Shown piece by piece: positions 60,101-64,000 of a stretch of 64,000 nucleotides of DNA. Origin of the DNA: Pristiophorus japonicus (lineage: Eukaryota); assembly GCF_044704955.1 (NCBI RefSeq), contig NC_091981.1, positions 163,432,001 through 163,496,000 on the forward strand. Direction: 5' to 3'. Within the stretch, counting starts at the first letter, position 1. Each line of letters opens with the position of its first letter. The notes beneath the pieces are model-generated. The model did not search any database and was not told the origin of the DNA. It was given only the letters and a program-made list of their open reading frames with translations. A program made the position numbers and the translations under genes.

Positions 60101-63100
60101 CAACACCAGGCTGGAATAGCGACTCAAATTGCTGTAGGACCTATGAGCATGAACTTCGCTCTGCAGATGACACTGCGTGCACATCCCCCCATTTCCAGTT
60201 CATCTCAGCTAACCAGCTCCTCCCCAACAGTGTGGGACCATTGCCCAGGACAATCCTGAGCAGCAGCCGGTTCACTGATCCATTATGTGTAACAGCTAAC
60301 ATTGCACTGCCTAGTACTGGAATGATTTCTTTGGTGTACGTCCATAATTGAGTCTCAATGTGTTCTAGTTTGGGTCTGCTGGCTTTGAGTGGCCATAGCT
60401 TTTTGAATTGTTGAACGCTCATGAGTGACTGGCTGACCCCTGTGTCCAGCTCCATGCATACTTGGATGCCGTTAAATAGGACCTTCATCATCATAGGTGG
60501 AGTATTGGTATATGAGCTGTGAATGTTTGCCACATGAACCCGCTGAACTTCAGCATCCATTGATTTGCCCCAAGCATCATCCTGCCTCGCAGACCCCTCT
60601 TCTGGTCCATCCGCCTCATAAATTAGCCTGGTTGCAGGCTTCCTGCACATTCTGGCTAAATGGCCAGTGAGGTTACAATTTCTGCAGACGAACTGTTGAA
60701 GCCTGCAAGTCCTAGCAGCATGTCTGCCCCCACACCTCCAGCATGAACTGAGATTCCCATTGTTGTGAACAAAAGAGCTGTTACCATGCATTCTTCGCTG
60801 ATTGCCCCTTTGACTGCTCTTGAGCACCCTGTTCGTGGGTGTGTAAGGGGTGGTTTGCAGGGGGTCAGCTTTCCCTTCTGACCTTATATGAGTGGTTCCG
60901 AATCGCTCCCACACCCTTGGTTCTAGACACTGGAATTATGAAGGGACTGTGACAGACTTGGACAGACAATCGGTTTCAAGGTAGGAAGCAGGTATGGCTT
61001 TATTGTGTTTAAAAAGAAGTAAAAAGGTACACCTTTAGTAACACACACAGACCAATACACACTGAAGGGTACAACACATTGAATAAATTGTCCAATTACA
61101 GTCTGTGGGGAAAAGAATACAGCTTAAACTCTAAATGGGGTAAAGAGGCGAATGCAGATACATTTACAAAGTTATCCCAGCCTCCACCCCCCTCCCAATT
61201 CCCCTAACTAACTAAGTTATAGCTCTCAGGGTTCAGGGGCCATGCTCACCAATCCCCTTTAAGACAGTTGCCAGTGAATCGCGGTTTTGGGGTTCACTGC
61301 ACTTGGCCTTCTAGGCGAGCCGTACCCCGGTCGGAGGAGAGGACTTCGGACTGCGTGGTCTTCGGTTGGGGTGTGTCCGTTGATGCGGTAAGTTGCGTTT
61401 TGGATGTATGGGGTAAGTACCCACTTTCTTTGGTTAGGAATAGTTTAGTTAGTCCCTTTTGGTAATTTCTCACCCGTTGGTCATTCCGAAGTTGATTGTA
61501 GAGTGGAAATAAATGTCGATTCTTCGGTTTTTGCTGAGTTGGTTTTGGTTGGTCGTTTCACTGGTTGTGGTGGCCCGGGTTGTCAATTTGGTTGCTGACA
61601 ACCTTCCATTTCATGGGCCTCGTGCTCGGTCGGTCCTTGATGATTTCTTATAGTTTCCTTCACTACTCCATTTCTTCACTCCCCACCTCCGGCTGCTTGT
61701 GTCTGTCTGTGTTTGAGTCTGTGTTCTGCTCCTTGCTGGTCTTTCCTTGTAAAAACTGGGGGATAGATATATTCCAAAAAAAAGGCTCCGTTATCTCCCA
61801 TCAGATCTCTTGGGCTCTGTTTGAACTGTTCTGTTCACTGATTTTCAAATGTCTCCTTTGTCAGCAGTAACTCGATTAGGGTGTGAGAATGTGCTATCAG
61901 TGGTTTTGCATTGTTTTAGAATTGTCCAGTTTCTTGACCATGATTTCTATTGTGCTTGATTAGGTAATTCGATTATCTCTTAGAGAGTGAATAGTTCCCC
62001 CAGACAGTCTGGGGTCTTTAATACACGAATTTGGCCCCACCTCCTGTATTTGGTAACTTTTTTTTTTGCAGCCAAAATGTTGTAGAATCTTAAAATTGAT
62101 ATGCTCCTTCCCATAGATGTTTAGGGGATCTCAAACTTCTGTAATTTAGGTCCATTTTGAATTCCCTTTCCTATGAGTCCAAACACTGGAGGGGGGAGGG
62201 TGGTCTCCATGAATGCATCCCCTTTTATCCCCCGTAGACTTTGTCTACCCCTTTAAAACTCATTTTAAAAGCCCAGAAAGGGATTCTTCTCCTCTGTAGG
62301 GGAAAGGTACCTGGAATCTTTGCGAGATATTGGTAAATTCTACAGGTGTCAATGGCCCCATCCCAGAACGCATTGTCTACTGGGATGGCGTAAATGTCCG
62401 TTGAGCCTGCCATTGTCTGTGTTGAAAATCTGTTCTGGGGTCTGTTGCTGCCTGGGGTGCGTCGAACTGCCCTTGCCTGCCTGCTGGGCTCTGAGTTGCG
62501 TTTATGATATTGACCCCCTGAACCATCACCACGTTGGAGTCAGGGTTGCGTGCGTATGTTATCTTGGTTTCCTCCTCCCCCGCCATAAAAGCCTGAGCCA
62601 GCAACGCCGTCGCTTCCAAGGTCAAATCCTTGGTCTCCATTAACTTTGTGAAAATCCCAGCATGACCGATGCCCTCAATAAAGAAATCCCTTAGCATCTC
62701 CCCTTTGCAGACATCTGTGAACTTACAGAGGCTGGCCAAGCACCGGAGGTCTGCAACGAAGTCCGGTATGCTCTGTCCTTCCCGACGTTGGTGGGTATAA
62801 AATCTGTGTCGGGCCATGTGTATGCTGCTCGCTGGTTTGAGCTGCTCACTGATTAGCTTGCTGAGCTCTTCAAAGGTTTTGTCCGCTGGCTTCTCAGGTG
62901 CTAGCAGGTCTTTCATGAGCGCGTAAGTCTTAAGTCCACAGCTGGTCAGTAGATGAGCCCTTTGCTTGTCGGCCGCTGCGTCTCCCAGCCAGTCCTTCGT
63001 GCCAAAGCTCTGTTGAAGCCTCTCAATGAAATCGTCCCAGTCCTCACCAGCACAGTACTGTTCCTCTGTGCTACCAGTGGCCATTCTAGTGGGTCATTGA

Positions 63101-63363
63101 TTCCCGTTTCTCGTCGCCACTCTAAAGTCCTTACACAATACCACAAATCCACACGAGGCACATCTATGGACAAGGTCACTCTGTGACCTGCACCTTTATT
63201 CACAGGACCAAGAAGTGATGACCCTGCGTGGGACCTCCCTTTATATACCTGGATGACCAGGTAAGGAGTGTCTCCCACAAGTTCAGCCCCTGTGGTCAAT
63301 GTGTACATTTCTCAAGTATATACAGTATTGCAGTGTTGTTACATGAAGGTTACATACATGACA
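57102..63363 (-). mobile_element. Gypsy F, full length, related to B; contains a solo LTR in gag
   Basis: LTRs 57102-57345 and 63121-63363, TSD GCAAC, PBS TGGCGACGAG. gag 63084-62345 and 60841 onward, 648-aa RT/RH/IN ORF 57586-59532. Confidence 0.95.
60842..62344 (-). mobile_element. Long solo LTR (1503 bp), possibly endogenous retrovirus
   Basis: TGTAAG...TCTACA termini, perfect 4-bp TSD GGTG (60838-60841, 62345-62348). AATAAA on minus near 61000. No recognisable coding content. Confidence 0.82.
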
Positions 63364-63814
63364 GCAACAACTGGGTGTGGGGCGCATTGCAAGACAGAGC
63401 TTTCGAGAAAGCCACCAATCTGCTTTGCTCGAACAAGCTGCTGGTACATTATGACCCATGTAAACGTTTAGTTTGTAACCTGTGACGCATCATCATATGG
63501 AATTGGTTGCATGTTAGAACAAGCCAATGAGTCGGGAAACTTCAACCTGTTGCGTATGCATCCAAAAGTTTGTCTAAAGCAGAAAGAACCTACAGTATGG
63601 CAGAAAAAGAAGCTTTAGCATGTGTTTATGGTGTTAAAAAGATGCATCAATACCTGTTCAGTCTGAGGTTCGAATTAGAGACCGATCACAAGCCGCTCAT
63701 TTCGTTGTTTTCCGAGAACAAAGGTATCAATACCAACGTTTCATCCGCATCCAAAGGTGGGCGTTGACATTATCTGCCTACAGCAATGGAGTGGAAACAG
63801 CACCTCATTACATA

Positions 63815-64000
63815 CCTAGGTCTCCAGTCGTCCTGGTTAACCCTTGCCACTGGACCAAGACCTAGCTCTGTCAAGCCCGTATGGTGGCTGGTGTGCAATG
63901 GCCACCACATGTTAAACAAATCCACGCCCAGGCACCTTCCACCCTTCAACATGTAGTTCAGGACCTGGAATATCGGGTCATTCATTGAAACACCTGTGAA
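63815..64000 (+). mobile_element. Second copy of the bipartite RTE derivative (runs off window)
   Basis: Matches RTE 5' UTR 35410-35560, then switches to TTCATTGAAACACCTGTGAA, the linker also seen (rc) at 23741-23760. Confidence 0.75.

Larger units (their letters stand above)
50147..63781 (+). mobile_element. Gypsy E (own segments 50147-51172, 55714-57101, 63364-63781); hosts G and F
   Basis: LTR 50147-50349 + PBS. Gag zinc knuckle YSC|KGCLRVGHLQRKC and RT LLRKGN|NWVWG are reconstituted across the insertions. 3' LTR not in window. Confidence 0.9.

Noticed and set aside
60141-60914. 257-aa ORF as an LTR-gag fusion gene
   Set aside because: Chance read-through from the solo LTR end into the Gypsy F gag/protease, ending in a premature stop.

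Overview
Vertebrate genomic DNA, very probably from a cartilaginous fish (shark), judged from the repeat families and an MHC class I cytoplasmic tail. It is not prokaryotic, and no intact host gene is visible. Nearly the whole window is nested transposable elements. LTR elements: seven Mag-like Gypsy copies or fragments (5-bp TSDs, tRNA-Ser(GCU)-type PBS, FQDD RT motif) in two nests at 920-15012 and 48518-63781, plus two long solo LTRs with 4-bp TSDs. LINEs/SINEs: several CR1s, one near-full-length RTE, L2 fragments, tRNA SINEs and a short bipartite RTE derivative. DNA elements: four PIF/Harbinger elements and related MITEs. The only host-derived coding sequence is an intronless, frameshifted MHC class I (UAA-like) alpha3-TM-cytoplasmic segment at 66-501 (-). 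The most notable pattern is in the Harbingers: three diverged elements keep a spliced Myb/SANT gene (two across its full span, one only its 5' part) and have their transposase cut at almost the same N-terminal point. Two of them also carry family-specific subterminal motif arrays and share a promoter block. All calls are by eye. Boundaries without a TSD are approximate, and no database search was run.
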